A stretch of 54,487 nucleotides of DNA, counting the filler, from Sphacelaria rigidula (Eukaryota): assembly GCA_964200075.2 (NCBI GenBank). It is 4 parts of 4 records of this genome, joined end to end, with 100 filler letters (N's around TTAATTAATTAA, not from the genome) between each part and the next. Parts side by side here need not be neighbours in the genome. Positions count along the whole stretch, not along the records: positions 1 to 13,547 come from CAXNAA020002812.1; 3 more parts are not named here. One strand, given 5' to 3'. Every line of letters starts with the position of its first letter. Within the stretch, counting starts at the first letter, position 1. Made by a program: the position numbers and the translations under genes. Shown here piece by piece: positions 1 to 12,478 of the stretch. The notes beneath the pieces were generated by a model. That model was not told the origin of the DNA, did no database searches, and saw only the letters and a program-made list of their open reading frames with translations.

Positions 1-2690
1 GGGGGGGGGGTTACAAGTTGCGCCGGGTAAGGGCTCGGGGATTCTCTGGTATCGCCACGCGGAGCTGGCCTTTCCGACTTGGGACCTGAAACTTTCAAAC
101 CCGATTTTCAAGGGATGCGCCGTCACATTGCGCTTAACCTTGCGTCTTTTTTTCTTCGTTCTGGTCGAGATACGATACACGAATATTACGGCCAGTCAGA
201 CAGATCGGTCGTATCTCGACGAACTCCTCAAACAAAATGACAAGGCTTGTCGAGTGCCGGCGAGTACGTTGCGAATTTCGTGTAAAAAGATCGGGTCCCA
301 CTCGAAGAGGTTAGCTCCGCGTGGCGACGCCTGCGATATATTCTCCGACATCGCTCTTCATACAGGCTCAAATGCGGTTTAGGGTTTCGGTCATAACCGT
401 CGGACGACGATGAATCACGGGATGACCTTACCGCTTTTTTTCTTCTCGCCTAGGGAGTACCGCATTCGGAATTCGGGGAAAGAAGGAGTAATCTATTATG
501 ATGAGAAATTTCAGAAGAGTTCACACAAAAAGTTGATACGCGAAAGTGCAAACACGGAGGCGAGAGTTTCACAGCACTAGCTGGGCTCATTCCTAAGCTG
601 GATCGCTCAGCATGATTGCAACCGCATGCTCAGCTTGCCCGGACTCATCGCCATTCGAAATAATAAGATGGGGCCATCTGACAAAATATGGCCGTCTTAG
701 ACAACCCTGCGCACGTCTAAGTCGACGTTCTGCGACGTCTAGCACGTCTAGCGAACGTCTCAGGGCGTCTAGCACATACCTAAGGAAGTCTCGCGAGCGT
801 TTAACGACGTTCAACAAACGTTCAAGGACGCCTCAGAAACGCCCCAGGAAGTCCAAGAAAGGTCTTAGCGCGTCCGGCATAGATTCAGCAACGCAGTAGA
901 GCCATGTCTGGATTGAATCGAAAATTACTGAAGTCATGTCTACAGCGATTTCATTAACCTCGTCAGCCGAGGCTGGTGAGGTGCCGGGTATTACAGTAAT
1001 TACCCTGCATCGAGAAGATTTCAGAATGTCGGGGGACTCGGGGACCACTGTTATATGACAACGTCGCACAGGGTTGTCAGGGCAGACTGTCGGCAGAGAC
1101 CCTAAGGCCTCAATTCAGGAGTTGCGGGCATGTTCGTCATGATTTTTCGATTTTTCCGGTTGTTGGATTTCTCTCCAGCAACTCCATCCAACGGCAGCAT
1201 AATAATTTGCGGACGTGCCGCGGAATTCTCGGATCAAGACCTTGCGGCCTCCGACGGCAGTATGCTTTGTCCTCCGTGACATGTCGTGGAGGGCCATTTG
1301 ACATGTGGTGCAGGACCGTTCGTACCCCGACCTCGCTGCGACTTCTGCCACTCGCCGTCTGTGACCTCCGCAATATCTGCATCACCTACTGATCGTCGTT
1401 GCACTGGCGCGCGAACGCACGATCGAATGTTGACGGGACAAGCCTGTGCAATTGAACCAAATGGTGTTCCGCCTCCATGCTGCTAGGAGGCATTAGTTAC
1501 AAGAAATCCTTCATCGCGCTCACCGGTTTGCCTGCCCGCCACACGAGGGAGGGCGCTACCTCCTCCACCGTGGGCGAGGGTGAGCGAGGTGGCGCCGTCT
1601 CCCGCGCCACGCCTCATTCTTCAACCCTTTGTTCACACAGCATAGCATGTAAAAAAGCCATTGAAACATACAAGCAACAACAAATGCAACCAAAAGGTGT
1701 GCTCGGTGCTCGGTGCGAAGGGAAGCAGGAGAGATGTGGGCGGGACGCGGGCTACGGGCTGTGGCTGCGGTAAGCAGGTTTGCCATGTCGGCGTGCCCGT
1801 ATCTCAAAATCTCTGAAATGTCGGATTGATTTGAAACAAACATGAACAAAACGCCTCCTTATTCCTGGGAGGAAAACAGGGTCCCAATTGTTGTGCATGG
1901 TGCACGATGGCAAACGCCCATCGAGAGCCAACGCGGCTAGTCTACTACATGCATTGTAATAAAGTGGCACTAGAGCCTTTCAAAATGTTGCTCGCCAGCT
2001 CTGTGAGTGCACAGACGTCCCTAGACGCGGCCTTTAGAGGTGCTGTGACACACCTAGACGTCCCAAAGACATATGCGTACACGGGAGTCACTCATCATTC
2101 AGATACGCGCCGACCCCAGAAAGGGGTTTTTTTTTTTAACACGTTCAAGAAGCCTGGCTCAGGCAACTTGCGCAGCAGCAGGCACATGCGTGGTGTCGAT
2201 GTGTCAATATCCAGCTACCTACTGGAGAGAAAAGGTTTAGAGTCCTAGGGGGTACGACATTCTCTGGATATCACCTCCCCTCGAAACTCCAAAACAAAGC
2301 TCGGTTGTCATAGCCCTATACTCCAAACTCCCAACCCTTCCCCTCCTGAAAGGCACGACATATCGACTTCGGGGAGTTTGATGTGTTGATTCCAATTGAT
2401 GGGGCACACTTAGCGGGCACACTTGGCGGACCTGCGAGTGGCAGACCTCGAAGTTTTTGATAATTGTACAGTAGGTCCTGCAGGTGGTGATTGATCTGAT
2501 GTGATTACGAAAAAGTATATAACGCGGCCGTAAACGTCAGCCGGGACAGTCCTCTAACACCACTGCAGGCCGTTATATTTTCACGACTTGTGGGCTTCGA
2601 AGCTACTCGTAGAGGCAGGTTGCAGCACAGAAGCAGCAAGATCGTTGCATACAACCTCTATCATTCAGAGAGAAGAACACAGAACATATC

Positions 2691-3478
2691 ATGGCGATCG
2701 CGCCCTCGATCGTCGTGGTGAAACCCCTCGTCCCTCAACAAAGCTTCAAAGGTCGCAGTAGGGTACGACGTAAACGAACACCTTCAACATCGTCGGTATC
2801 CCGTGGGTTGTCAGGCTCCATAGCATGGGGCAGCGGCAGCAGCGTCGGCGGTGGGCGTGTTGCAGCCCTCGGCACGACAACAGTCGTGTTGCTCATGGTG
2901 CTCTTGTGCAGCAGCAGGCAAAATGGTGGCGGTGGTGGTGCAGTTGTTTCTGCGTTCAGTTGTCGCGCTCCCTTCACGGCTACCAGAACCCTGAAACCAA
3001 GATCAACATTACCATATTTGAGTCGGTGCAGCGAGCGCAGCAGCTCGCCTTTTGCACCCAGGGGTACATTCGCCGACTTGCCGTCAACAAAAAATCCTGC
3101 TCCTGGTCATTCATCTCCTACACACAAATTTAGGTGGTCGCATCCCTGGAGTCCCCTCCGCTACCCCTCATACTACCTGTCTGTCAGCCGTCGCCATCAT
3201 GACAATCACGAGAGAAAGCGGGATTGTGGAGCAGCGGCTACCTTGATGGTGGCCACGGACGGTTCGCTATCGTCGAAGCTTTCAATAACTCCTCCGGCAC
3301 CCGAGCAGCCATCTGGTGCAATTGTGCCAGTACCGACTCAGGCGGGAGGAGGGGTAGTTGGAGATGCGAGGGATACCCCTGTGCCGAATGAGCAGGCACG
3401 GCAGCGTCTCAAGGTGGCGATGTTTTTCTTGTTCTGGTACACGTTCAACGTCGGCTACAACCTCTGCACGAAATTCAC
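2691..3478 (+). CDS. Plastid-targeted triose-phosphate/phosphate translocator (TPT family), exon 1 (gene 3'-incomplete on this contig)
   Basis: ORF from ATG 2691 has a hydrophobic stretch (VVLLMVLLC), then VVSAFSCRAP (ASAFAP-like bipartite plastid signal), then an S/R/P-rich transit-like region. It ends in LKVAMFFLFWYTFNVGYNLCTKF, the typical first TM segment of TPT-family transporters. Donor AC|GTGAGT at 3479 (phase 2), with a stop immediately after if unspliced. Confidence 0.88.
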
Positions 3479-3909
3479 GTGAGTCGTGTGTTTCGTGATT
3501 GCTCTCTATACGGTACTGTCGATGTGGATCCAATCCAATTTTTTCATGTTTTTTTCCAACATGTGTCACTACTGTCTGTTGGCTGCTGGGCCGTGTTATA
3601 CTGACTTTTGCGATTCAATTCTACGGCTTCGTCATGAGGATAAGAGTACTGCGTACACACGTAGTTTTTCGCCGGCGATATGATCACCTTAGTTACCACC
3701 CTCTAAAAACACAGGACACGGCGGGATCGATGAACTCGATCAAGAATATTATCGCCAACATACGGGTACGGGTACTCTTGGGTATAAAGCATTCCTCGAG
3801 ATGCATTCTGAAAAAAACTTCCAATTAATACCACCGAGTGCAGCGCACGGCTTGGCGATGGATGTCTCTTCGAAAAAAACAACTCAACACGGGATTTTAC
3901 CAATAGAGC

Positions 3910-4231
3910 CTGGATTTGTTTTAGGATGAACCTTGGGAACCTTCATCAGCATCGAAATATTTTCGAAAGAAGATGCAATTCCACCAAGTATCAGGCCGTG
4001 ATGTCTCGTCTCGCTCATCGTCGCACAAAACTGCGGGGAATGAAGGGAGACCGAAGTTGATGATGGACACGGGATTTTACCAGTTGCGGTCGGATTCTTT
4101 TGCAGATGAGCAAGGCCACATATCACGGCCGGGTGGTATATTCGCGTTATTATTTCGAAAACAGTTCGATGCTTTCATGAAGTTCCCAAAGATCATCCCA
4201 AAAAAAATCATCCTCAAATTGCAAATCCAGA
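3910..4231. repeat. Degenerate inverted repeat / foldback element in TPT intron 1
   Basis: 3910-4030 (ggatgaaccttgggaaccttcatcagcatcgaaatattttcgaaa...ggccgtgat) is the imperfect reverse complement of about 4095-4231. Confidence 0.65.
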
Positions 4232-4654
4232 TATCGGTATTTGTCTTTGTTAGTCTGATGAATATCTATTCATATTCCATGCTGTCACTCCGAGACGCGA
4301 TTCCAGATACCTCACGCTATATGAAACTCAGCCTAACGCCTTGGGAATGCGAGTATAACTTGCAAGCAACGATCGTTCGAGGGCAACATTGTGCTGTCAT
4401 TGTGCTCTCATAACGTCGACAATTAGTGTGGCCATCAGTGTTTGCTTGCCATACTTGGAAACTTCACTGATCATGAGTTCATGGCAGGGATAGATATACA
4501 GTATTACAGCAACACCAAGAAGCATCAATAGCTGATGTGTATTTGCTGCAATACGCATGTCGAGTTGCCTCAGTTGGCTCCGTATCGGGAGGGGGATCGC
4601 CACGTACGTACGCGGTGTTTAGTCGTGGAAATGTAGTCGAAATGATTGAGGCTA

Positions 4655-4965
4655 GCCAACCGGAGTTGGGCTTCAAATGTGCATGGTTGACACATTTTTC
4701 GAGTATTGCTACCCCTAACCCTAACCGCAACCGAATGCACACCAAGAAACCTCGGGCAAGGGCGGCACATGGCATCCCCTAGATAAAGTGCGGCCTTGGT
4801 AGACCCCAAATCGGCGCCTGTTGCGCCGATTTCAACAAAAACGCGTTCTGGCACGCAAGGAGCACACGAAACTGCCAGCCCTACTAAAGATCCGATTCTC
4901 GTTATACACACACTCAAATCAAGTAATGTGTCAACCATGGACATTGGTAGCCCAACACCGGTCGA
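4655..4965. mobile_element. MITE (~310 bp) with ~40-bp TIRs and internal CCCTAA repeats
   Basis: aaccggagttgggcttcaaatgtgcatggttgacacatt (about 4658-4696) is an inverted repeat of aatgtgtcaaccatggacattggtagcccaacaccggtc (about 4925-4963). A second diverged copy is at 43978-44286. Confidence 0.75.
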
Positions 4966-5829
4966 CTCTACTGAGAGGATCACTATAAGAAACATCAGAA
5001 GCACGGCGGTTTCATCGCACGCGGCCCTTGCTGGCGAATTCCAGCTCCCGTGTGCCTCGTAGTGCTCTCCTGGTCTAGACTTTGGCTGTATGTTGCACCT
5101 AAGGTAGGTGCCATGTCGTCTTCGGTACTTGTTTCGAGTTGATTTGTGTCGATCAGCCTTTTCTTCGTGAGGGAGAGCCTGCACAACTGTGCAGTCGTTG
5201 TTGGAATATGTGCTGTGCTGAAGCTAAGTCGGATGCGCGTTCAATGTCCCGGTATTTGTGAGATTGTGGACTGCTGTCGCGTTTTTAGTTCACGGCATGA
5301 ATGAGATTCCCGTCAAGCCTTCAGTCCTAAAATTCTTATGTTATGTAAATTTTTCCCACTCTGAACAAAATGTGGTCAATAATTGCAATAGGCCTCTACT
5401 TTACGCAGTACAATTTTTGTCTACTGCAACTGTTGTCTGTTGACCACATGTGGTACAGTGTTTCAAACTATGTGCATATCTTGTTCCAGCAGATTACGTA
5501 CCATATCACTAGCTGGGCCAGCCAACAGTGGGTAATTTTCTCGCTCAGGCGACGCACGGCGCAATATTGGGAGTTTGACTCTGAAATTTTGACAGCAGCT
5601 TATGATGATCGACATGCAGAACATCCCGAGAGCAGCAAAGAGAAAAAATAGGAAGTTATGGGGATTTGAAGTTTCAGCAAAAACAAGAAAATGTCACAAG
5701 CCCAGGAAAAAAATGAGAATCTGCAGCTGCTCCCAGGATTTATCATTTCCTTGGGTGCAGAAGGTCTTCGTGAAATTTTCAGCTCAAGAGTCGTCGAAGT
5801 GGGCCGTGCATGCAACGTTCTGCGTGATG

Positions 5830-6059
5830 CTGCTGCACCCCACACATACCCTGTGCGGGGTGATTGTTGACGTGAACTCGCCGCATTGAAGAAACAAAAG
5901 CGCACCCCGACAAGCTATCGCCCAACGATATCAGACGCACCCCGTGCTGCACCCCACATATACCCTGTGCGGGGTGATTGCTGACGTGAACCCGCCGCAT
6001 TGAAGAAACAAAAATGCACTCCGACAAGCCATCGCCCAACGATATCAGACGCACCCCGT
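5830..6059. repeat. Direct tandem duplication (~115 bp)
   Basis: gctgcaccccaca...accctgtgcggggtgattg...atcgcccaacgatatcagacgcaccccgt occurs twice in succession. Confidence 0.88.
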
Positions 6060-9000
6060 ATTCTATGCAGGACAATAACGTCATCGGCAATACGACGCCA
6101 ATCGAACAGCGACGCTGTCCTTTGTCATCAGGTCGGTCTGCAGTTCACAGTGATATGCTTACTTACAGTCCATCGGGCTCATTTGGGAAACGGGGAAACC
6201 TGTGGTGCGGGCAACTTTCAGCCGCTTTTAAGCTGGCCCAGCTCGTAGTACCGAGGACTTCTCCTTGCTCCAATAGATTACGTGCCAATGCACGGAGGAT
6301 TTCTTCGCTTGATATCATCAGCACAGCTCTGTGAAGAACGTCCGCTGCATTGGCACAGTTCGACTACGAATAAAAAGTCAAGCTGTTGGGATTGTTGAGG
6401 CGAATCTTTCCACACGTGATCGGTCGGCTCCAACCGAGGTACCGAGCTGACGAGTTTGAGATAAATCCGCCAAACATTTCGCAATAGCAACACCGATGGC
6501 CTTGAGGTTGTGCGTATTGCACTCGGGTCTAGGAAGCCATGTACTACTCCTATGAGGGAAGGAGTCTCTGCCGGTACCATGGGGGTGGTCCACGCGCGGG
6601 AGGGGTGGTGAACATGAAAGCACCGACGATTCCGTTGCCCCACGCCACCTCGATTTGCTCTAGAACGTCGATTATACCTTGCTGCTGATATATGTGATAC
6701 AATCATTTTCACAGTCGGCCGTACACCAGGCAGGCGGTAGTTTGTCCGGAAGATGGATATCGAAGTGTCGCAACGTCAAACCCACAAGGTCGCAATATTC
6801 GCCCACCAAAAAAATACGCTTAAGCCGGTGATAGAAATTAAAAACAAATGGCCGACGCAACACTGAAATACAAGCATTACGAGAATCTCCCTGAAAACGA
6901 GGCCTGGCGGATTGCGGTATTCGGAAATATTTGGTGCTGAGAGGATTCCAGCAAACTTCTCCAATATTTCGTATAGCCAGTTTTGGTTTCGGTCCTAGCT
7001 ACTACATCATTATCGTATCAATATCTCACTAGAAAGAACTGACACAAATACGTACCTGTATCGCATTCTTTGTAATTGAAAGTAATATCATGGGGGTCAC
7101 CATCTGAAACCGCAAAGACAAAATTGCAAGGGTACCCGTTGTCTATCATGAGACCACGGCTGGACCCCTGGGGGGTCAGTTCAAGTGCGACAATCAATAA
7201 AATAAAATAAAAAAACGGTATTCTAGAGAACGTGAATCACCCGCCTTCATTTGCACCCGGGCAATAATCTTTGATGAAACGCCTTGGCGAGAAACCCTCG
7301 ACCTTTGCGTGAGTTCTCCGAGTTTGGAGGGGAAACTGCAAGGATAATTGGAGTTGTATGCGAATTTTCACTGCGAATCCGGTGGAAAATTCACCGACCG
7401 TACACGCACGAACGATCGGAAAAATGCCGGGAATCTCGGAGGTGAGTGTAGCAAGTCTCTCTTAGGTGATACGAACTGCCAAACCCATTTTTCAGGCTGA
7501 AATCGGCGCCAAGTCGCCAGTGTGCACATTTTTCGAAAATGTACTTGTACGGAAGAGTTGGGCTACGGAGCAATTTTTCCCTCACGTTCATCACATATTG
7601 CTTACTCTGCAGTACACTGGTGCGCAATACGACTATACCGTAAAGCTGGAAGCGTTGTTTTTGTCCCAGGTGCTTCTGCCGATTCTGTCTACATGCCGTA
7701 TACGGCTACTGTAGACACCTTGGGTATGTCGATTGCTGCAAGATTAGCTGTTCCACCTAAAACCCGGAGACCTCAACAGTCAGTCTTTGACTTGGTTGAT
7801 CGTCGCACTCTAAATGACCCTTCAGAGATCCAGCCGTGATCACAAAATAGACGTACCCAAGAAAAGCAATTGTGGTATATATTGTACAGCGGAGTACGAC
7901 AGGTCACAGTCGTACAAGAGTGGACGTATTGATGCACGCCTGTCGACACCCTCGTTCGTTTCCTCTCGAACCTGGAAAAAGTGAACGTTTTACGTCTACG
8001 TGGCAATATTTGGTGATTGCTCCGCCCTATTTTGACGGCGTTAACGTCGATCGCAATAGCAAAAGAAGAACCCTGCCAGTCCGTCCTTTTCGGGATTTTT
8101 TTTTTTTCTCGTCGTATCCCTTGAGATTTTCTCACCGTGTAAAATTCATCCGGTTGGTCATTTTCCGCTCCGCAAGCGAGCCGACCAGGCAGTAGGCCAT
8201 TGCAGGGATGATCCAGAAATATTGATACATGCTTCTTTGAGCCACGTTTTTTTCAGGATGTTTTTTTTCTTCCCTCGATTGAAGGTTTGTTTTAGCGAAA
8301 ACATTTCCTCGGATGGCGATTACAATGTGTCTGATCTTTGTGCCGCTGTGCCATAGCCCGTGTTCTCACAGCCCGCAATCGTCCACACATGATGAAAAAG
8401 TGGAGGATGACTGAACTTATTTACCAGCACATGATGGCTTTTTTTTTTGTCGCTCGGTCTCCTTGCCTGAAGTCACGCTTGCAGGGGCCGATCGTTTCTC
8501 TTCTTTTTTTTTCATAGGGATTGATGTTTTTTTTCGTGTCAGCTTCTCCCTTCATTTCCTCTTTTTCTATATTCTTCTCTTTTGTCCCTATTTTTTGTTG
8601 TTGTATGTACTTCGGGGTGACGTCACGTGAGAGACTGTGCAAAACCCGACGTGTCTGTGTGTACAGCCCCCGTGACCCCCCCGCCACCCCGCTTCCGGTA
8701 CTGTAGGTTCGTCAAAATGTGGTGATACGGATCAGGGTCATCATCCAAATCACTGCCTCGGAGGCGGGGTGGCATGGAGGGGTGTACTCATTTGTGACTG
8801 ATTTGGTCATTTGAGTATTGACCACGCATCCCTTTCGAGACGGAGCACCGGGGGGAGAGGGAACTGATGAAGTCATGATACATTATGTCATGTAAGAGAA
8901 GCTCATGATTCATATATCAAGATTGCACCGCCGTTTATACTTAATTTGAAAGCCTTCCCCCGCCCCCTTCTCTGCGATTCCGCGATCCCGTCGCCGTACG

Positions 9001-9102
9001 TCCCGCCCTTGGCGAAAATGGATATGCTGCGGTCATGCGTCCCGCCCGCGCCGCCGCCCGTCGCCGGTGTACCTTCGTCCGTTCCCCGCACGGCACCACA
9101 AG

Positions 9103-9110
9103 ACTGAACG
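9103..9110 (+). CDS. TPT gene, 8-nt microexon (exon 2)
   Basis: Sequence ...ccttcgtccgttccccgcacggcaccacAAG|ACTGAACG|GTGAAT. Joining AC + ACTGAACG + TG gives T-L-N-V and the continuous YNLCTKFTLNVLQLPMTLAALQ, matching the TPT-type YNIYNKKVLNxxPxPWT pattern. It resolves the phase mismatch between the flanking exons. Confidence 0.8.
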
Positions 9111-10240
9111 GTGAATAGCTGCTTCCAACGCTTGACTGACAGGACTTGTGTACCGCGTTTAGCTTCGTACTCAAATGGTGGAATATTGTATTGTATTGTT
9201 TCATGTTGGTCGTACCTTTTTCTGGTTTCGTTTTTTTTGTCCGTGATTGATTATCTCTCCAGTCCTCCATCACAGTCTGTACACTCAAACGGTCGTGAAA
9301 ATGTAATGATGATGCCAATCTTGTGACGCACGGAGAACGGCTAGATGTGTTGTTCTTATTTTTACTGCACTTTGCAGGGTATTTGGTATGATATACGAAA
9401 GCCCTTTCCAGCGCAGCAACACCAATTGAGTTTTTTATTTCTCGAGAATTTTTCGCGCTCCAATTTGTTTTGAGCGCCTGGTCGTGTCTGGATTCTCAAA
9501 TAGACCAGCAGATATCGATGTGAAAACATCTGACGGAAACTTTGAGAGAAATTGGCTTGCAGTTGAAAGCTGCGTCAGCTAGAGTTTTTTTTTGTTTTTA
9601 CGGTTTTTGTGGCCGCGCATTTCTCATGGTCAAATATTTGGTGCATAAATTTAGCCCGTAAACGCAAGAGTCGGGTGAACAGTATTGTGTCATTGATGTG
9701 ACGCGTATTTTTTTGTCAATCATTGAACTCTGCAGTGATGTAGTCATTCCCCAGTGAGCCCATCCGTGTATGCCAATGCTACCATGTATGACTTGATTTT
9801 GATGTACAAATTTATTTACATTGAAGATCTCAAGAAATTCGGAGGACAAGGGGGGGGGGGAGGGGGGGAGTCTGCTGTCGTCGGGGACGTGGTTGGTCAC
9901 TAGAGAAGATTACTACTCGTATGATTGCCTGGGGCTGCTAATTGTGTGGTTGTAGCACGAGAGTGGTTCCCCTCCTCTATTTCTTCGTGTTCCCCACGCC
10001 GCTGTTTTGATCGATTTGTTTTTTTTCATGTGATGGATCACCACTGCACACCACTGATTATCGAGGGACCCAGTGTGGTTTCGGTTATCCGTCATCATAC
10101 CGTGCTTTTGTTGACTTCGAATCAGTTGAGTTTATCGTAAAACCTGTGTCTCACCGCGACCCCCTCTTGCCTCCCGGATGCTGTCCGATATCTCGCCCTC
10201 TCGTGCGGCCGCGCGCGCTCTTTTTCGATCATGTCGGCAG

Positions 10241-10353
10241 TGTTGCAGTTACCGATGACTCTGGCGGCGTTGCAGATGCTTGTCGGCGTGCCGTACGTGT
10301 GGTGTGTTTGGCTTGCCGGCCTTCGAAAGGCTCCCAGGATTGGACTGTCGCAG
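10241..10353 (+). CDS. TPT gene, exon 3
   Basis: Acceptor CAG at 10238-10240 and donor CAG|GTATAT at 10354. Encodes (V)LQLPMTLAALQMLVGVPYVWCVWLAGLRKAPRIGLSQ, typical of the TPT second TM segment (PWTxAxxQLxVGxPYxxxxWxxGLRKAP). I found no further exons before the contig ends. Confidence 0.88.
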
Positions 10354-11744
10354 GTATATCCCACCGATACAGCAGCGTAATGCCGCGATGGCCTCCCCCC
10401 CACCCCCCAAACCAGCCCCAAAACTGTCAACAGGAAAATGGCCATACAGCGCATGACTGCTGGTTTTACGCCGCATGAAGCGCCTCGTCTGGGCGGTATT
10501 GGCAAAAACGAATCCAAGAGTGGATGTTCCCAGCTCCTCGGTGTGCTGGGGTTTTGTCCTCGTGATTCACATCAGGATTTTGCCTACTCAAACCAGACAG
10601 TTTTCTCGCCATCACGGCATCACTCAGCACTCTGCCCGCGTGCGGAGCAACTCAAGAGTCTGCATTCTTGTCCTGTAGTGTACGGTACTGCACAGTTGTA
10701 GGTAGCCCTTTGTGATTTGTTGGCTCAGGCTGTACATGCGGAGCAGGTATCGTACACGTTTTGCCAAGAGATTTCGTCGTTGTTGTTGTTGTGTGTGGGT
10801 TTCTCATGCATTGAATGCACCACACATCTCGCTTCTATTCTTGAATATTTTGGGGGTATAGGCTGTCGTTGTTGTTCCCCTCCCACGGACGGAGACTTAC
10901 GTCTTCTTGTAGTGTTTGTCAAAAAGTTTAATTTCCGCAGGGCTTTTTTTTTCCCTTGCCCGAAAATAGTTAGTCTGAAGGCACTTCGCATTGCGTACAT
11001 TACATGGTGAACAATCTTCTTATCTGCTGGGAGGCAGTTGTGGAGTTCTCAGGTCAGGGATGTTAATACAGGAATCTGTAACAGGAAAAACTGCGAGCAA
11101 GAGAGGCACGGGTCGTGTCACAATTTACCAACTTCACGAACTCCAAAACAGGATAGCTGCGCGCGACCTGCCTTGGCTAGGCGATTACAACGATATGCTG
11201 AGCTCGCCCTGACTCTGTACCACTATGGAGAGATTAACATCTGATACAACATGGTTTTCTTGGCCGTCTAAGCTTGTATGCACATGTAAAACTGTAGATG
11301 AAGACGTCGCGGGAATCTGTTCCGTCCGTAACATGAACTAGCGGCTCCGAGGCAATCATTCCTGTTGACAGACGGGTCCCCGAAGCGGAGTTATTTTCCG
11401 ATGTTGGCATTCTGGGCGATGGACCTGCTCGTATACAACGTGGACGTATGATGGAGTTTGGTCAAAGCGCGGCTTTCTTGTCTTCGTCCAGGCAACGTTC
11501 ACACCAAAAAATAACCTTTTATTTTTGCCCAGATATTGTTTCGATCTCGCATATGTTTCTTACAATGATTACGTGCACCATGGCGTTACTTGAGTCAAAA
11601 GGACATATAGCCCCCTTCGTCGTTTGTCTTTTTCCAATTCGTCAGTTGAGCGTCGTGTTTCATACGAATGGACCAGGGTTCACATCCCCGTGCTTCGGAT
11701 CGTACTACTTTGTTCTGTGTTGGCATACGCGTGTTCTTGTTTGA

Positions 11745-11825
11745 GGGAGCGGGAGGGACGTACTCATTTGTCGCTTGCCTCAGTCGTTTGACCATGGACC
11801 ACGCATCCCTTTCGAGACGGAGCAA
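11745..11825 (+). repeat. Short dispersed repeat (ggg-tactcatttgt...gaccacgcatccctttcgagacgga)
   Basis: Related copies at about 8775-8850 (+) and 17810-17886 (-), with partial matches at the poly-G contig ends (about 13720-13745 and 54440-54465). Confidence 0.65.
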
Positions 11826-12246
11826 TTTGTTTGGGGGGAGGGCACACTTTCAATCCCTCTACTTTCTCAGGACGAATCCGTGGTCTCATGATCTCAAGGG
11901 ATCAACCCATGTCTCCCCCGGTACACGCCTTGCATTCCGGCATGTCGCAGATTTGATCATGACTATCAGGACTTACGCACCGCATTGATTCCTCGTGAAA
12001 ATAATGTATTTCTGCTGCTCATGCCTTCACATTTTCAAGGACGGAAATGAAGAAAAAAACAGCAAAAAAAAGAGTAAAGAAAGCAAATGCACATGCACAT
12101 GCCGGCAATCGAAGCAGCGTTCGTCCGACACACAAGTAGTGATGACTGCTTCATTTATACCGTTTAATTTATACCACCGGGCTGCGGTGGCCGACATGCT
12201 TTTGACACCCGCGCGAATAATTTACACCTTGAACAATGACAACACA

Positions 12247-12383
12247 TGGTTGATAGTTGCAACAGACAAGAAAAATGTACCGCGTGAAGTACAGACGTAT
12301 TGCAACTATTCTCGCCCGACAATAGTTGCAATAGGCCCATACCTTACGCGGTACATTTTTTGTCTATTGCAATTATTGACCAC
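12247..12383. repeat. Hairpin made of two head-to-head copies of an ~65-80-bp mini-MITE
   Basis: The two halves are reverse complements (tagttgcaacagacaagaaaaatgtaccgcgt / acgcggtacattttttgtctattgcaatta). A monomer with tgtggtcaa...ttgaccaca ends is at 5371-5448. Confidence 0.7.
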
Positions 12384-12478
12384 GTATTGTCATTGCCCAA
12401 GGTGTGCAATTACTCCGAGGGTTGTGTTGCGTAGAGTATACCGACTGAATTTCGGGTATATACAGAAGTACAGGAGTG

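Noticed and set aside
11-1070. Possible decayed retroelement gag at the start of contig 1
   Set aside because: Protein-like and coiled-coil-like patches are visible on the minus strand, but I could not establish a diagnostic motif, LTR or PBS.
4711-4732. Telomere (CCCTAA repeats)
   Set aside because: Only about two perfect units, internal to a MITE and not at a sequence end.
4570-5184. 204-aa minus-strand ORF
   Set aside because: It overlaps a MITE in a TPT intron, has no recognisable domain, and its frame is not preserved across the second copy at about 44 kb.
9378-9385. Alternative 8-nt microexon candidate (TGCAG|GGTATTTG|GTATGA) for the TPT gene
   Set aside because: Phase-compatible, but it encodes T-V-F-V rather than the family-typical L-N; 9103-9110 fits the TPT consensus much better. 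It remains a possible cryptic exon.
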